DNA from: an uncultured bacterium | Lineage (GTDB): Bacteria > Patescibacteriota > Minisyncoccia > Phycocordibacterales > UBA2100 | Direction: 5' to 3' | NCBI GenBank assembly: GCA_903824595.1 | Contig: CAIJXH010000004.1 | Coordinates: 40,697 to 104,696 of the forward strand | Length of the DNA stretch: 64,000 bases | In this document: positions 8,807-18,215 of the stretch, piece after piece | Position numbering within the stretch: position 1 is the first letter of the stretch | Layout of the letters: each line of letters opens with the position of its first letter | Translations under genes and position numbers: made by a program | The notes under the pieces: model-generated | What the model was told of the DNA's origin: nothing | The model's input: the letters and a program-made list of their open reading frames with translations, nothing else | The model's database searches: none

Positions 8807-9850
8807 ATGCGGCGAGCTTTTTTGCTTGTGTCGATACTACTCGTATGCGGATCCGTCGTCCCATCCACGACGCACGCTTCGGCACTTTCCGACATCCTCG
8901 ACTCACTGCAAAAGAACATCCTTCCCATGCAATCGAGCACCTCATCGGATGGTAATTTGCAGACCATATCCGTTTTGAAACCTGCTTCCAACATCGACCC
9001 CGCAGCGACGCGCAACACGAGCACCGTTACCATTGTGGATGATTCGGCATTGCTGCCCGACGAAGGACCTGCGGGCACAATGGCAAGCATTGACGGATCG
9101 AGAGGCGGCACCATCAGCACATACACCGTGCGCACGGGCGATACCCTGTCGAGCATTGCGGCGATGTTCAAAATCCCCGTCAACACGATCCTCTGGGCAA
9201 ACGATCTCTCGCGGTCGTCATCGTTGCGCGTGGGTGAAACACTCACGATTCTCCCCATTCCTGGAGTGCCGTATACCGTCAAGAAGGGCGACACCATTGC
9301 GCGCATTGCCACGCGATACGGAGGTGATCCTGCTGAAATCATGAGCTACAACGGGATCGACGAAACCACGCTCGCCGTCGGCACACAGATCATCATTCCA
9401 GATGGCGAAGCACCCGCGACACCACCCAAACAAAATACGAAAGCCACGCGAAGCAACAATGAGCCTGCACACAACGTGGGACCAGCGGGCACGTTGACAC
9501 AGATTGGCTACTACATTCGCCCGATCGTTGGCGGAGTGAAGACGCAAGGCATTCACGGCTACAACGCGGTCGACCTCGCCGCTCCTATCGGCACACCTAT
9601 CCTTGCTTCTGCCGAAGGCGATGTGATCGTCGCAAAAGAAGGCGGGTGGAACGGAGGCTACGGCAGCTACATCGTCATCCAGCACGACAACGGCAGCCAG
9701 ACGCTCTATGGACACGCATCGGGCGTCGTTGTAAACAGTGGGCAGCACGTGCGGCAAGGACAAGTGATCGGCTATGTAGGATCGACAGGCAAATCGACAG
9801 GTTCGCATGTTCACTTCGAGATTCGCAACGGGATTAGGAATCCGTTCTAG
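8807..9850 (+). CDS. LysM-LysM-M23 peptidoglycan endopeptidase
   Basis: Signal peptide, two LysM domains (YTVRTGDTLSSIA; YTVKKGDTIARIA), HGYNAVD and HVHFE zinc motifs. Confidence 0.92.
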   Translation: MRRAFLLVSILLVCGSVVPSTTHASALSDILDSLQKNILPMQSSTSSDGNLQTISVLKPASNIDPAATRNTSTVTIVDDSALLPDEGPAGTMASIDGSRGGTISTYTVRTGDTLSSIAAMFKIPVNTILWANDLSRSSSLRVGETLTILPIPGVPYTVKKGDTIARIATRYGGDPAEIMSYNGIDETTLAVGTQIIIPDGEAPATPPKQNTKATRSNNEPAHNVGPAGTLTQIGYYIRPIVGGVKTQGIHGYNAVDLAAPIGTPILASAEGDVIVAKEGGWNGGYGSYIVIQHDNGSQTLYGHASGVVVNSGQHVRQGQVIGYVGSTGKSTGSHVHFEIRNGIRNPF

Positions 9851-9954
9851 CGTTCATGCGCTAAAGTACTGATTTTGTTGCCCAAACATATCTCGCTTGC
9901 TATGGTTGTCGCGGAGCGTTCTTTTGCTCTTTGACACCGTATGGGAGAAACGCG

Positions 9955-11457
9955 ATGATCGGGTTTACAAAAGATCGCACTACCATCGCCGTTGTCGGCG
10001 CACAGTGGGGCGATGAGGGCAAAGGGAAAATTGCGGACATACTCGCGAGAGACGCGCACATCGTCGCGCGAGGCACTGGAGGCAGCAATGCGGGACACAC
10101 CATCATTCACGAAGGAACTGCACACGTACTCCACCAGTTGCCATGCGGAATTCTCTACCCAAACACGTTGAGTGTTATCGGGAGAGGTGCGGCGGTAAAT
10201 CCACTCGCGCTGACGCGCGAGATCAATGCCGCCACAGACGCGGGCATGTCGTGCCACGGATTACGTATCTCAAACCATGCGCGATTAGTGACACCGATCG
10301 AGATATTGATCGACAGAATCACTGAAGCAGAGGGCAGCGCGATAGGGACGACAGGTCGCGGCATCGGTCCGACCTATACAGCGCACGTGGAACGCCGCGG
10401 ACTGTTCGTCAATGACACGCTCAACAAGGAGGAGCTGAAAAAGAAACTGCAACATTCGGTAGAGGCAGTGATGCCCTTCTTGCGAGCATTTCATCCTGGA
10501 ACTACAAGACGTATCCTTGGCGCCGACGACATGGAGAAAGGCGCATTCTACAAAGACCCAGACTCTATATTCAACATCGACGCGATTATTGATGTATATC
10601 GTGAATTCGCGCGGCGCTTCAGAGAAAGAATCGTTAATACGGACAGACTCATACAGTCCAACGTGGGGAAACAGAAAATACTGCTCGAAGGATCGCAAGG
10701 CATATTGCTTTCGATCGAGCATGGCACGTATCCATTCGTCACCTCGTCTGACAGTACGCTGCCCGGGCTTGCAGAAGGGGTCGGCATTCAGAGCAGAGAC
10801 GTTGATCACACCTATGTGGTAGCGAAAGCGCCCTACATGACTCGCGTCGGAGACGGTCCATTCCCCACCGAACTCGGCGGAAAGACCTCGGCACAGTGGT
10901 GCAAAAACAACACCAAAGAGCGAGAAATCGAGGAGTATCCCGAGCCCGATATCAATTCAGACGAAATGTTCGAGCGCGGCGTCGCCATACGCCGACTTGG
11001 TAACGAATATGGCTCTACGACGAAAAGACTTCGACGCATCGGATGGCTCGATATCCCTCTGTTGCATCATGCGCTCACGTGCGGCGGTGGATTTCAGAGC
11101 GGTCGCGCCAGCATAATACTTACCAAGCTCGACATGGGCGACACCATGGATGATGTGCGGCTATGCATTGCCTATCACTACGCTGGCAAAAAAGGATACG
11201 CCATAGGCAGCTCGCGCCTCCTCCCGGGAAAACGGATGTGCGTCGCACCTATGGATCAATACGCCCTCGCCAATTCAACACCACTCTATCGCGAGTGTCG
11301 TGGATGGAAATGTTCGTTGCGTGGCATAACCTCTGCCAATGATCTACCGCGCGCCCTGCTTGAATACATCGCGGCAATACAAGAATACGCAGGCGATGAC
11401 GTGAAGATCGATGCTATCTCTGTCGGCCCACGAGGACACGAGACAATCGCCCTATAA
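9955..11457 (+). CDS. purA: Adenylosuccinate synthetase
   Basis: GAQWGDEGKGK, NAGHT, IGTTGRGIGP, LEGSQG, GTYPFVTSS, TRVGDGPFPTE, EYGSTT, TKLD. Confidence 0.93.
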   Translation: MIGFTKDRTTIAVVGAQWGDEGKGKIADILARDAHIVARGTGGSNAGHTIIHEGTAHVLHQLPCGILYPNTLSVIGRGAAVNPLALTREINAATDAGMSCHGLRISNHARLVTPIEILIDRITEAEGSAIGTTGRGIGPTYTAHVERRGLFVNDTLNKEELKKKLQHSVEAVMPFLRAFHPGTTRRILGADDMEKGAFYKDPDSIFNIDAIIDVYREFARRFRERIVNTDRLIQSNVGKQKILLEGSQGILLSIEHGTYPFVTSSDSTLPGLAEGVGIQSRDVDHTYVVAKAPYMTRVGDGPFPTELGGKTSAQWCKNNTKEREIEEYPEPDINSDEMFERGVAIRRLGNEYGSTTKRLRRIGWLDIPLLHHALTCGGGFQSGRASIILTKLDMGDTMDDVRLCIAYHYAGKKGYAIGSSRLLPGKRMCVAPMDQYALANSTPLYRECRGWKCSLRGITSANDLPRALLEYIAAIQEYAGDDVKIDAISVGPRGHETIAL

Positions 11458-11466
11458 CCAGTACAC

Positions 11467-11496
11467 AAAAGCGGAGGACACAAACCTCCGCTTTTT
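11467..11496. terminator. Bidirectional intrinsic terminator
   Basis: AAAAGCGGAGG-loop-CCTCCGCTTTTT between convergent genes. Confidence 0.8.
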
Positions 11497-11498
11497 CT

Positions 11499-11535
11499 TT
11501 ACCATTCCCTCGCCCGATACTGAAGTGCTTCGAGC
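11499..11535 (-). repeat. Orphan duplicate of the comM 3' end (attR-like)
   Basis: 36/37 identical to 12769-12805; encodes LEALQYRAREW-stop versus LEALQYRAREL-stop in comM. Confidence 0.9.
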
Positions 11536-11555
11536 TGCGCCAATTGCATAATATT

Positions 11556-12686
11556 CTATTGCACAACATCTTCTCGCAAGAAATCGTCTGGAGTTACCAC
11601 TCGTGTGATCGCCTCGGGATAATATTTCAGGAACGTCGCAAAATTGACACTACCAGAAGTCAGCTTGCATTCGTAGGCACGCAACACACGACCATCCATT
11701 CGTATAAAATCGATTTCCTTCTTATCGCGCGTGCGCCAAAAATACGTCTTCGGCGGAAATGACACGAGAGTATCTCGTTTCATAAGCTCTATAAAGAATA
11801 GTGACTCAAATAGAATGCCGCGCTCCACGTCGTTTGTGCCACTCGAAAATCCGCCCACGAGTGCATTGCGTACGCCGAGATCCAAGAAATATACTTTGTA
11901 GGATTTCTTAAGTTCGTTGGCATAATTGCGCGCAAATGAATACACGCGCTTAATAACGAAGGACTGCTCCAAAAGCCGAATATATTTTTCCACTGTGACT
12001 TGCGTGATTCCAAGCTCTTTCGAGAGATCGTTGGTAGAAACCGTGCTTCCAATACGCATTGCCAGATGCGTGAGCAAATCTTCGAACGCTTTCGGATTGC
12101 GAATCGCCTCAAACGTAAAGACGTCTTTATACAAATAGTTCGTCGCAATGTTCTTAATCTCCTCCTGTTTTTCAAGAAAGGTGGGAGCTGTTACGACCGC
12201 AGGATACGAACCAAACGCCATAAGATCATCGAAAATTTTCTGGGTGATCTCACAAGCACGACGAATCTCGAGAAGCGACAATGGATACAATAAGTATTCC
12301 GAGGCACGGCCAGTCAATGGTTCTTTCACCTTATTGGCAAGATCAAACGCAGAAGAACCAGTCGCAATGATTTTTATATCAGGATATGTGTCATAGAATA
12401 TCTTTAATATCTTGCCTATATTTGTAATAGTTTGTGCTTCATCAAAGACCACAATTTTTTTGTCAGCTATAAGCTGCAAGAGCTTCTCTGGTTTACCAAG
12501 CGCGAAATGACGTCGGACGTCTGCATGTTCGCAATTGAAATATCCGCCACGGTCTCCGTATGGAACGAGTAGTTTTTTTGCAAGTGTTGTCTTGCCCGAC
12601 TGTCGCGGTCCTAAAATGATCACAATACCCTTCCCTTGAAGACGTTCTGTAATAGAGTTTTCTATTTCACGTTTGAAAATATGCAT
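11556..12686 (-). CDS. AAA_14 ATPase with DUF4143 (PD-(D/E)xK-like) C-terminus
   Basis: GPRQSGKT, FDEAQ, ATGSS, LTGR, YFLDLG, KEIDF...YECK; visibly more AT-rich than comM. Confidence 0.88.
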   Translation of the reverse strand: MHIFKREIENSITERLQGKGIVIILGPRQSGKTTLAKKLLVPYGDRGGYFNCEHADVRRHFALGKPEKLLQLIADKKIVVFDEAQTITNIGKILKIFYDTYPDIKIIATGSSAFDLANKVKEPLTGRASEYLLYPLSLLEIRRACEITQKIFDDLMAFGSYPAVVTAPTFLEKQEEIKNIATNYLYKDVFTFEAIRNPKAFEDLLTHLAMRIGSTVSTNDLSKELGITQVTVEKYIRLLEQSFVIKRVYSFARNYANELKKSYKVYFLDLGVRNALVGGFSSGTNDVERGILFESLFFIELMKRDTLVSFPPKTYFWRTRDKKEIDFIRMDGRVLRAYECKLTSGSVNFATFLKYYPEAITRVVTPDDFLREDVVQ

Positions 12687-12768
12687 ATTTCAACAAAAAC
12701 AACAATTTATGACTATACTCATATATTGCTCTATCATCTATTTTTGTCAAGCACTGTACTGTGCGTAA

Positions 12769-14313
12769 TTACAATTCCCTCGCCCGATACTGAAGTGCTT
12801 CGAGCATGTGCGCGGGCTCGATGGTGTCGGACGCGGCGAGATCGGCGACAGTACGCGCGAGTTTGATGGTGCGATGATATCCGCGTGCCGAAAGCTTCAT
12901 GGTGCGCGCCGCCTGCTGGAGTGTTTCTTCTGCCTTCCGCGACAGATTGGCAAGAGATTCGATATGTTTTGCTCTCATGTCGGCGTTGGTGGAAATGCCG
13001 GGAGACGACGCAAAGCGCGCTCGCTGACGCTCGCGCGCGCCTGCAACAGCGGCGCGCGCCGCATGCGTCTCTCCTCCTTTGCCCTTTGCATCCGCTTTGA
13101 GCGACTCGGGTGGCATCTCGCTCACATGTACCCACATGTCTATGCGGTCGGCGACAGGTCCTGAAATCTTGCGGCGATATTTTTCGATCGCATGGGGCAT
13201 GCAGCGGCAACGTGGTGTATGGGCAAATCCGCACGGACACGGATTGAGAGCAGCAATCAACATGAAGCTCGCGGGAAATATCGCGGAGCCCTTGGCGCGT
13301 GAAATGGATACAACGCGATCTTCGAGCGGCTCGCGCAACGCGTTGACCACATCGCGATGAAATTCCGGGAACTCGTCGCAAAAAAGCACTCCTCGATGTG
13401 CGAGCGTCGCTTCGCCCGGACGAATCCCCGACGATCCGCCGCCGATGAGCGACGCATAGGACGACGTGTGATGCGGAGAGCGAAAAGGAGGACGAAAGAT
13501 CGGCGCGCCCGAGAGGTTGCCAGAAAGCGAATGAATAGTCGTCACCTCGATCATTTCATCCTCAACAAGATCGGGAAGAATAGATGCAGCGGCGCGCGCG
13601 AGCAACGTCTTCCCCGTACCGGGCGGTCCGTAGAGCGCAATGTTGTGTCCGCCCGCGGCTGCGATGATCATGCCGCGTTTAGCGCTCCCTTGACCGCGAA
13701 TGTCATCGAAGGCGGTGTCGTCGAGCACACCGCGCACGGATGATTGCTTTGGCGCGTACTCTTCGTGTTCGCCTCCGAGCAACGAGAGCAATTGCTTGAG
13801 TGAAGAAACGGGATGAATACGAATGGTGGAGATGAGCGATGCTTCTTCGTAGTTATCTTCGGGAATGTAGAGATCGGTGAATCCCGCCTCGCGCGCGGCA
13901 CTCGAGATCGAGAGCGCGCCAAGAATTGGGCGCACGGTGCCATCAAGCCCCAACTCTCCTGCAAAAAGCTTGCCCGACGGATCAAACGCAACCTGCTCCG
14001 ACGCGAGCAGAAAAGCCAGCGCGAGCGACACGTCAAACACCGCGCCTTCTTTTTTGAGTGCAGCCGGCGCGAGCGAGAGGACGATTTTTTTATTGCTTCG
14101 TTTGGGCGATTCTAAATCATCGGTGTTCTTTATCGCCGCCGCAATGCGGTCTTTCGCTTCCTCAACCGATTTGTCAGGCAATCCTACGATCGTGAAGGCG
14201 TGCAATCCTTTCACAATATCGCACTCAACCGACACGACCGCCGCCTTGGGAAGCATCGGCTGCGCGCCATACACCCGCGCAAATCCCGACTCTATTTTCT
14301 GCTTCGCGTTCAC
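12769..14313 (-). CDS. comM: ComM/YifB Mg-chelatase-like AAA+ ATPase
   Basis: IVGLPD, GELGLDG, GPPGTGKT, PFRSPHH, LAHRGVLFCDEFPEF, NPCPCG, SARG. Confidence 0.95.
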   Translation of the reverse strand: MNAKQKIESGFARVYGAQPMLPKAAVVSVECDIVKGLHAFTIVGLPDKSVEEAKDRIAAAIKNTDDLESPKRSNKKIVLSLAPAALKKEGAVFDVSLALAFLLASEQVAFDPSGKLFAGELGLDGTVRPILGALSISSAAREAGFTDLYIPEDNYEEASLISTIRIHPVSSLKQLLSLLGGEHEEYAPKQSSVRGVLDDTAFDDIRGQGSAKRGMIIAAAGGHNIALYGPPGTGKTLLARAAASILPDLVEDEMIEVTTIHSLSGNLSGAPIFRPPFRSPHHTSSYASLIGGGSSGIRPGEATLAHRGVLFCDEFPEFHRDVVNALREPLEDRVVSISRAKGSAIFPASFMLIAALNPCPCGFAHTPRCRCMPHAIEKYRRKISGPVADRIDMWVHVSEMPPESLKADAKGKGGETHAARAAVAGARERQRARFASSPGISTNADMRAKHIESLANLSRKAEETLQQAARTMKLSARGYHRTIKLARTVADLAASDTIEPAHMLEALQYRAREL

Positions 14314-14334
14314 GCAAAGTATTGTACTACACGG

Positions 14335-14694
14335 TTACGCATGCGCCACGCACGTACGCGCGGCGGGATTGGCTTCGAGACGCTCGGTGGCGATTGGTTC
14401 GCCGCCCACTTCGCACACACCATAGGTGCCATTCTCAATTTTCTTGAGCGCGTCATTCACATCACCGCGACGCATTTCCAACTCTTCTACAAGTGGAACG
14501 TTGATCATCAATTCTTCTATGTTGTCGGCAGCGTCTGTCGGGTCAGCTTCTCCACCAGACACTCCGTGTATCGAACCTTGCCAATCGCCATTTTTCCGCG
14601 ACCCGTGTTGCATCAAATCTTCGTCGAGCGTATCGCGTTCCGTCAAAAGGCGCGCGCGGAACGCTTCTATATGTGCATGAGTACGTGTATTCAT
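14335..14694 (-). CDS. DksA/TraR family protein
   Basis: DPTDAA (DxxDxA), ALKKIENGTYGVC, ERLEANPAARTC. Confidence 0.85.
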   Translation of the reverse strand: MNTRTHAHIEAFRARLLTERDTLDEDLMQHGSRKNGDWQGSIHGVSGGEADPTDAADNIEELMINVPLVEELEMRRGDVNDALKKIENGTYGVCEVGGEPIATERLEANPAARTCVAHA

Positions 14695-14727
14695 ATGCTC
14701 ATATGATACCAGACTCGCGAACATCGT

Positions 14728-15888
14728 CTACAGCGCCTTCCCCACTCGCAAACGCGCCAATACTTCTTTGAGAGAATACGGGCTCTCACCTATGATCAGC
14801 AGGTGTTTTGTAGGAAACACGTAGTACAGCACGATGTCTCCAGAATCATCTTTGAGAGTGCGCGCATCATAATTTTCAAGCACGACATCACCAAAGCGAC
14901 GTTTTTCTGGCAGTCCGTTACTTCCTACAACTTGATCGGGCACGCCCGCACTTGCAGGCTGAAGATCGGCATTGATGGTTTGTTCCCACGCGAGCATACC
15001 CGCAAACGCACGCTCATACGATGTTACCGGCACCACAAACACCAACGCATTGCGATCGGTCGCATGAATGCCAAAGAAGAAGTCGTCGCCAAGCGCTCGC
15101 AAAAGATCGTCTGGAACATGGGTATCCAATGCCGTGATAAATTCTGAAAACGTCGCTGGTCGCGCCGCATTTTTACCAGAAACATCGTCTTCGGGAGACA
15201 CGGTGGGGACAATACGAACCAGTGATCCAAGCGATATGTTTGGATGTTGTCGCGCCTGCATCAGCATGTTCTTGAGATCAAATCCCGATCGATGTTGAAT
15301 AGGTAGCACCTCCGAGCGTTCGGCAAACATGAGTGAGCCATCCGACGGCGGAGGCGCTACATACAGCGACTGTATAATCCCCACACCCACAAGCAGCAGG
15401 ACGATCACACACACAATACCCATGACTTTCCACGCGATTCCCTTTTTCCCCTGTGGCACCTCGAGAGGGACTGATTGTTTTTTCTCACTATTGCGATCTT
15501 CTTCGAGTGTCGCGGCGCGCACGAGAGAAATTTTCTGTTCTTTGATGACCATCTGCAAATCATCCTTGAGCGTGTGGAGCGGGACAACCGATGAGTGATC
15601 TTGAGCGCTGCTGGCTTGTTCAACTGAATGCGCTTCATGCGCGATTGCCGTCGTACCATCTTCTGCTATCGCATGCTGATGCGGCTTTGTTGCGCCTAGT
15701 CGTGTATCGTAGACGACCATATCGCCCTGCGTGCCGACATCATCCGATACCGCACGCCTCTCTGGAAGCCGCGTCTCGCCAACCACACGTTTCATCTCGT
15801 CTTTTTCAGAGATCACGATCGGCGCGTCTATATTGACCACGTCGTTAGATTCTACGCCTAAAAGATTTTTCGCCGGTGTGTCTTGCAT
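14728..15888 (-). CDS. Hypothetical single-pass membrane protein
   Basis: Long ORF, 'LHTLKDDL' segment, one TM helix, AFAGMLAWE motif; start uncertain because it overlaps the pnp end. Confidence 0.65.
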   Translation of the reverse strand: MQDTPAKNLLGVESNDVVNIDAPIVISEKDEMKRVVGETRLPERRAVSDDVGTQGDMVVYDTRLGATKPHQHAIAEDGTTAIAHEAHSVEQASSAQDHSSVVPLHTLKDDLQMVIKEQKISLVRAATLEEDRNSEKKQSVPLEVPQGKKGIAWKVMGIVCVIVLLLVGVGIIQSLYVAPPPSDGSLMFAERSEVLPIQHRSGFDLKNMLMQARQHPNISLGSLVRIVPTVSPEDDVSGKNAARPATFSEFITALDTHVPDDLLRALGDDFFFGIHATDRNALVFVVPVTSYERAFAGMLAWEQTINADLQPASAGVPDQVVGSNGLPEKRRFGDVVLENYDARTLKDDSGDIVLYYVFPTKHLLIIGESPYSLKEVLARLRVGKAL

Positions 15889-18040
15889 GATCGTGTCCTC
15901 CACCGCTATCGTCTGGGGTGAGCCCTTTGCGAGCAGCCCATTCAGGATCAGCAGCTTTGATAGAGAGATTATACCTCCCTTTTTCATCAATTTCTTTTAT
16001 GACAACGGGAACAATGTCACCGATCTGTACGGCATCGGTTATTTTGCCAATTCGGAATGGCGCAATCTCTGATACATGCACCAAGCCGTCGGCATTTGCT
16101 CCAATTTTCACAAACGCACCAAAGTCGAGCAAGCGTACCACCGGTCCCTCGAAACGGTCACCCACCATGTATTCGCGCGTGAGATCTTCCACCTCCTTGA
16201 GCGCTGCTTCCGCCGTGCCCTTGCTGCCGGTAATGAAGATGGTTCCGTCTTCTTCAATCGTGATGTCGTCGCACTTGGTACGCTCGCGGATACCGTTGAT
16301 CGTTTTGCCGCCAGGACCGATGACGAGTCCGATCTGATCGACTTTCACGTGCGTTGTGAGGATTTTTGGCGCACGCGGCGAAATATCGGCACGCGGCGCG
16401 GGGATCGCTTTCGTGATAACGTCAAGAATCTGGAGACGCGCTTTTTTCGCCTGCGCAAACGCCTGCGAGAGCACGAGGAGCGGCACACCTTCTACCTTTA
16501 CGTCCATCTGCACGCCCGTTACGCCTTCTGACGTACCTGCAACCTTGAAATCCATATCGCCATGATGGTCTTCTGGACCTTGGATGTCGGTGAGAACTTT
16601 GTACTGCTTTGAAGCCGCGTCCGACATCATACCCATCGCGATACCAGCCACAGGACGCGTGATCGGTACGCCCGCATCCATGAGCGCGAGCGTCCCTGCA
16701 CATACCGTTGCCATTGAAGTGGATCCATTTGACGCAAGACATTCCGAGACGATGCGGATGGTGTATGGGAAAACATCTTTCGTCGGCAATACCGAGCGCA
16801 GTGATTTTTCCGCGAGCGCACCATGCCCAATCATACGGCGATTCATGCCACCCACACGACCCGTTTCTCCCACGGAGAACGGCGGGAAGTTGTAGTGCAA
16901 CATGAACGTCTTTTTTGTCTCCTGAAATTCGATCGTATCGAGAAGCTGTGCGTCTCCAGGACCGCCCAAGGTAAGCGCAGCCAAGACGTGTGTTTGTCCG
17001 CGGAAGAAAAGTCCTGTGCCGTGGATCACTGGCGAGATGCCGCCTGCTTGTGCCGAGAGCTGTCGAATCTCATCAAAGGCGCGACCGTCCACGCGCTTGC
17101 CTTCTTTGATCGCAATATCGTGCACATACTCATCCATTTTCTGCTCGTACAAATCGCCGACGATTGAGGGCGAAGCCGTTGGAAATTTTTCGAGTGCGGC
17201 CTTCACCCATTCCTGTTTCCAGCCGGTGATGTCATTTTTCGCAATGAGACCGTTCGATGATTTCATTTTCGGCTCTACCAATTCCGCAAACGCTGCTTTC
17301 AGCTCATCGCTCGCTTCCGGCGTCTTGAAATCAATCTTCTTTTTACCCATCTCGGCGACGATTTTCGCCTGCCACACCTGGATTTTTTCTATTTCTTCGC
17401 TTGCTTTTGCGAGCGCTTTTTCAAGCACGTCCTCGCCCACTTCGCGAGAGTTTACCTCGATCATGTTGATCATGCCGTCTTTGCCGCAAACCGTGAGATC
17501 AATCTTGGCACGGGGCGGCAATTCTTCGCTGCGCTGCGCATACGTGGGCATGACGATCAGCTCGGGATTTTCTTCGTCGAGTCCGATACGGATTGCCGAC
17601 ACAGGACCGTTCCACGGTATGTTGGACGTGGCAAGCGCGAGTGACGCCGCGTTGACCGCGAGAATGTCGTTGTCGTACTCTTCCATCGAGAGCACCGTAA
17701 TGATCACTTGCACGTCGCGCTTGAGTCCTTTTGGAAAGAGCGGGCGGATCGTACGATCGACAATACGACCAGAGAGCACCGCTTCATCCGATGGACGACC
17801 TTCGCGGCGCATGAAACGGCTTCCGAGAATCGCGCCTGCGGCATAAAATTTCTCCTCGTATTCCACCGAGAGAGGAAAATAATCAAGATTCGACTCTTTA
17901 CTCCCCATTACGGCAGTCGCCAAAACAGCACTGTTGCCATACCGCACCAACACCGACCCGTTTGCCTGATCCGCCCACTCATTGAATTCAGCGGATAATT
18001 CTTTCCCCGCAATATCGAGGGAAAACACTTTTTTTTCCAT
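15845..18040 (-). CDS. pnp: Polyribonucleotide nucleotidyltransferase
   Basis: Two RNase PH domains (RREGRP, HYNFPPFSVGE, SNGSTSMA, DMDFKVAG), KH (IGPGGK) and S1. Confidence 0.97.
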   Translation of the reverse strand: MEKKVFSLDIAGKELSAEFNEWADQANGSVLVRYGNSAVLATAVMGSKESNLDYFPLSVEYEEKFYAAGAILGSRFMRREGRPSDEAVLSGRIVDRTIRPLFPKGLKRDVQVIITVLSMEEYDNDILAVNAASLALATSNIPWNGPVSAIRIGLDEENPELIVMPTYAQRSEELPPRAKIDLTVCGKDGMINMIEVNSREVGEDVLEKALAKASEEIEKIQVWQAKIVAEMGKKKIDFKTPEASDELKAAFAELVEPKMKSSNGLIAKNDITGWKQEWVKAALEKFPTASPSIVGDLYEQKMDEYVHDIAIKEGKRVDGRAFDEIRQLSAQAGGISPVIHGTGLFFRGQTHVLAALTLGGPGDAQLLDTIEFQETKKTFMLHYNFPPFSVGETGRVGGMNRRMIGHGALAEKSLRSVLPTKDVFPYTIRIVSECLASNGSTSMATVCAGTLALMDAGVPITRPVAGIAMGMMSDAASKQYKVLTDIQGPEDHHGDMDFKVAGTSEGVTGVQMDVKVEGVPLLVLSQAFAQAKKARLQILDVITKAIPAPRADISPRAPKILTTHVKVDQIGLVIGPGGKTINGIRERTKCDDITIEEDGTIFITGSKGTAEAALKEVEDLTREYMVGDRFEGPVVRLLDFGAFVKIGANADGLVHVSEIAPFRIGKITDAVQIGDIVPVVIKEIDEKGRYNLSIKAADPEWAARKGLTPDDSGGGHDHARHTGEKSFRRRI

Positions 18041-18051
18041 TACTTTTTTGG

Positions 18052-18120
18052 GTGACGTTCGGATTTCAGCATGAGTTCTCGTGCTTTGCACTCAACTCAT
18101 TCTGCCTATCCGAGCGCCAC
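18052..18120 (-). promoter_or_regulatory. Long stem-loop in the pnp 5' leader
   Basis: Pairings GTGACGTTCGGAT/ATCCGAGCGCCAC, CAGCATGAGTT/AACTCATTCTG, GTGC/GCAC; ends 12 nt before the start codon. Confidence 0.6.
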
Positions 18121-18215
18121 GATTACAATAATACATGCACGATACCACGCCACCACCGATTCGCCAAAAACACCAGCACAGAATGCAAAATCCTCGAGCG
18201 CAACACATTCGACCG

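Noticed and set aside
9955-11457. PurZ (diaminopurine pathway)
   Set aside because: Retains the PurA GDEGKG aspartate; no phage context or datZ/mazZ neighbours.
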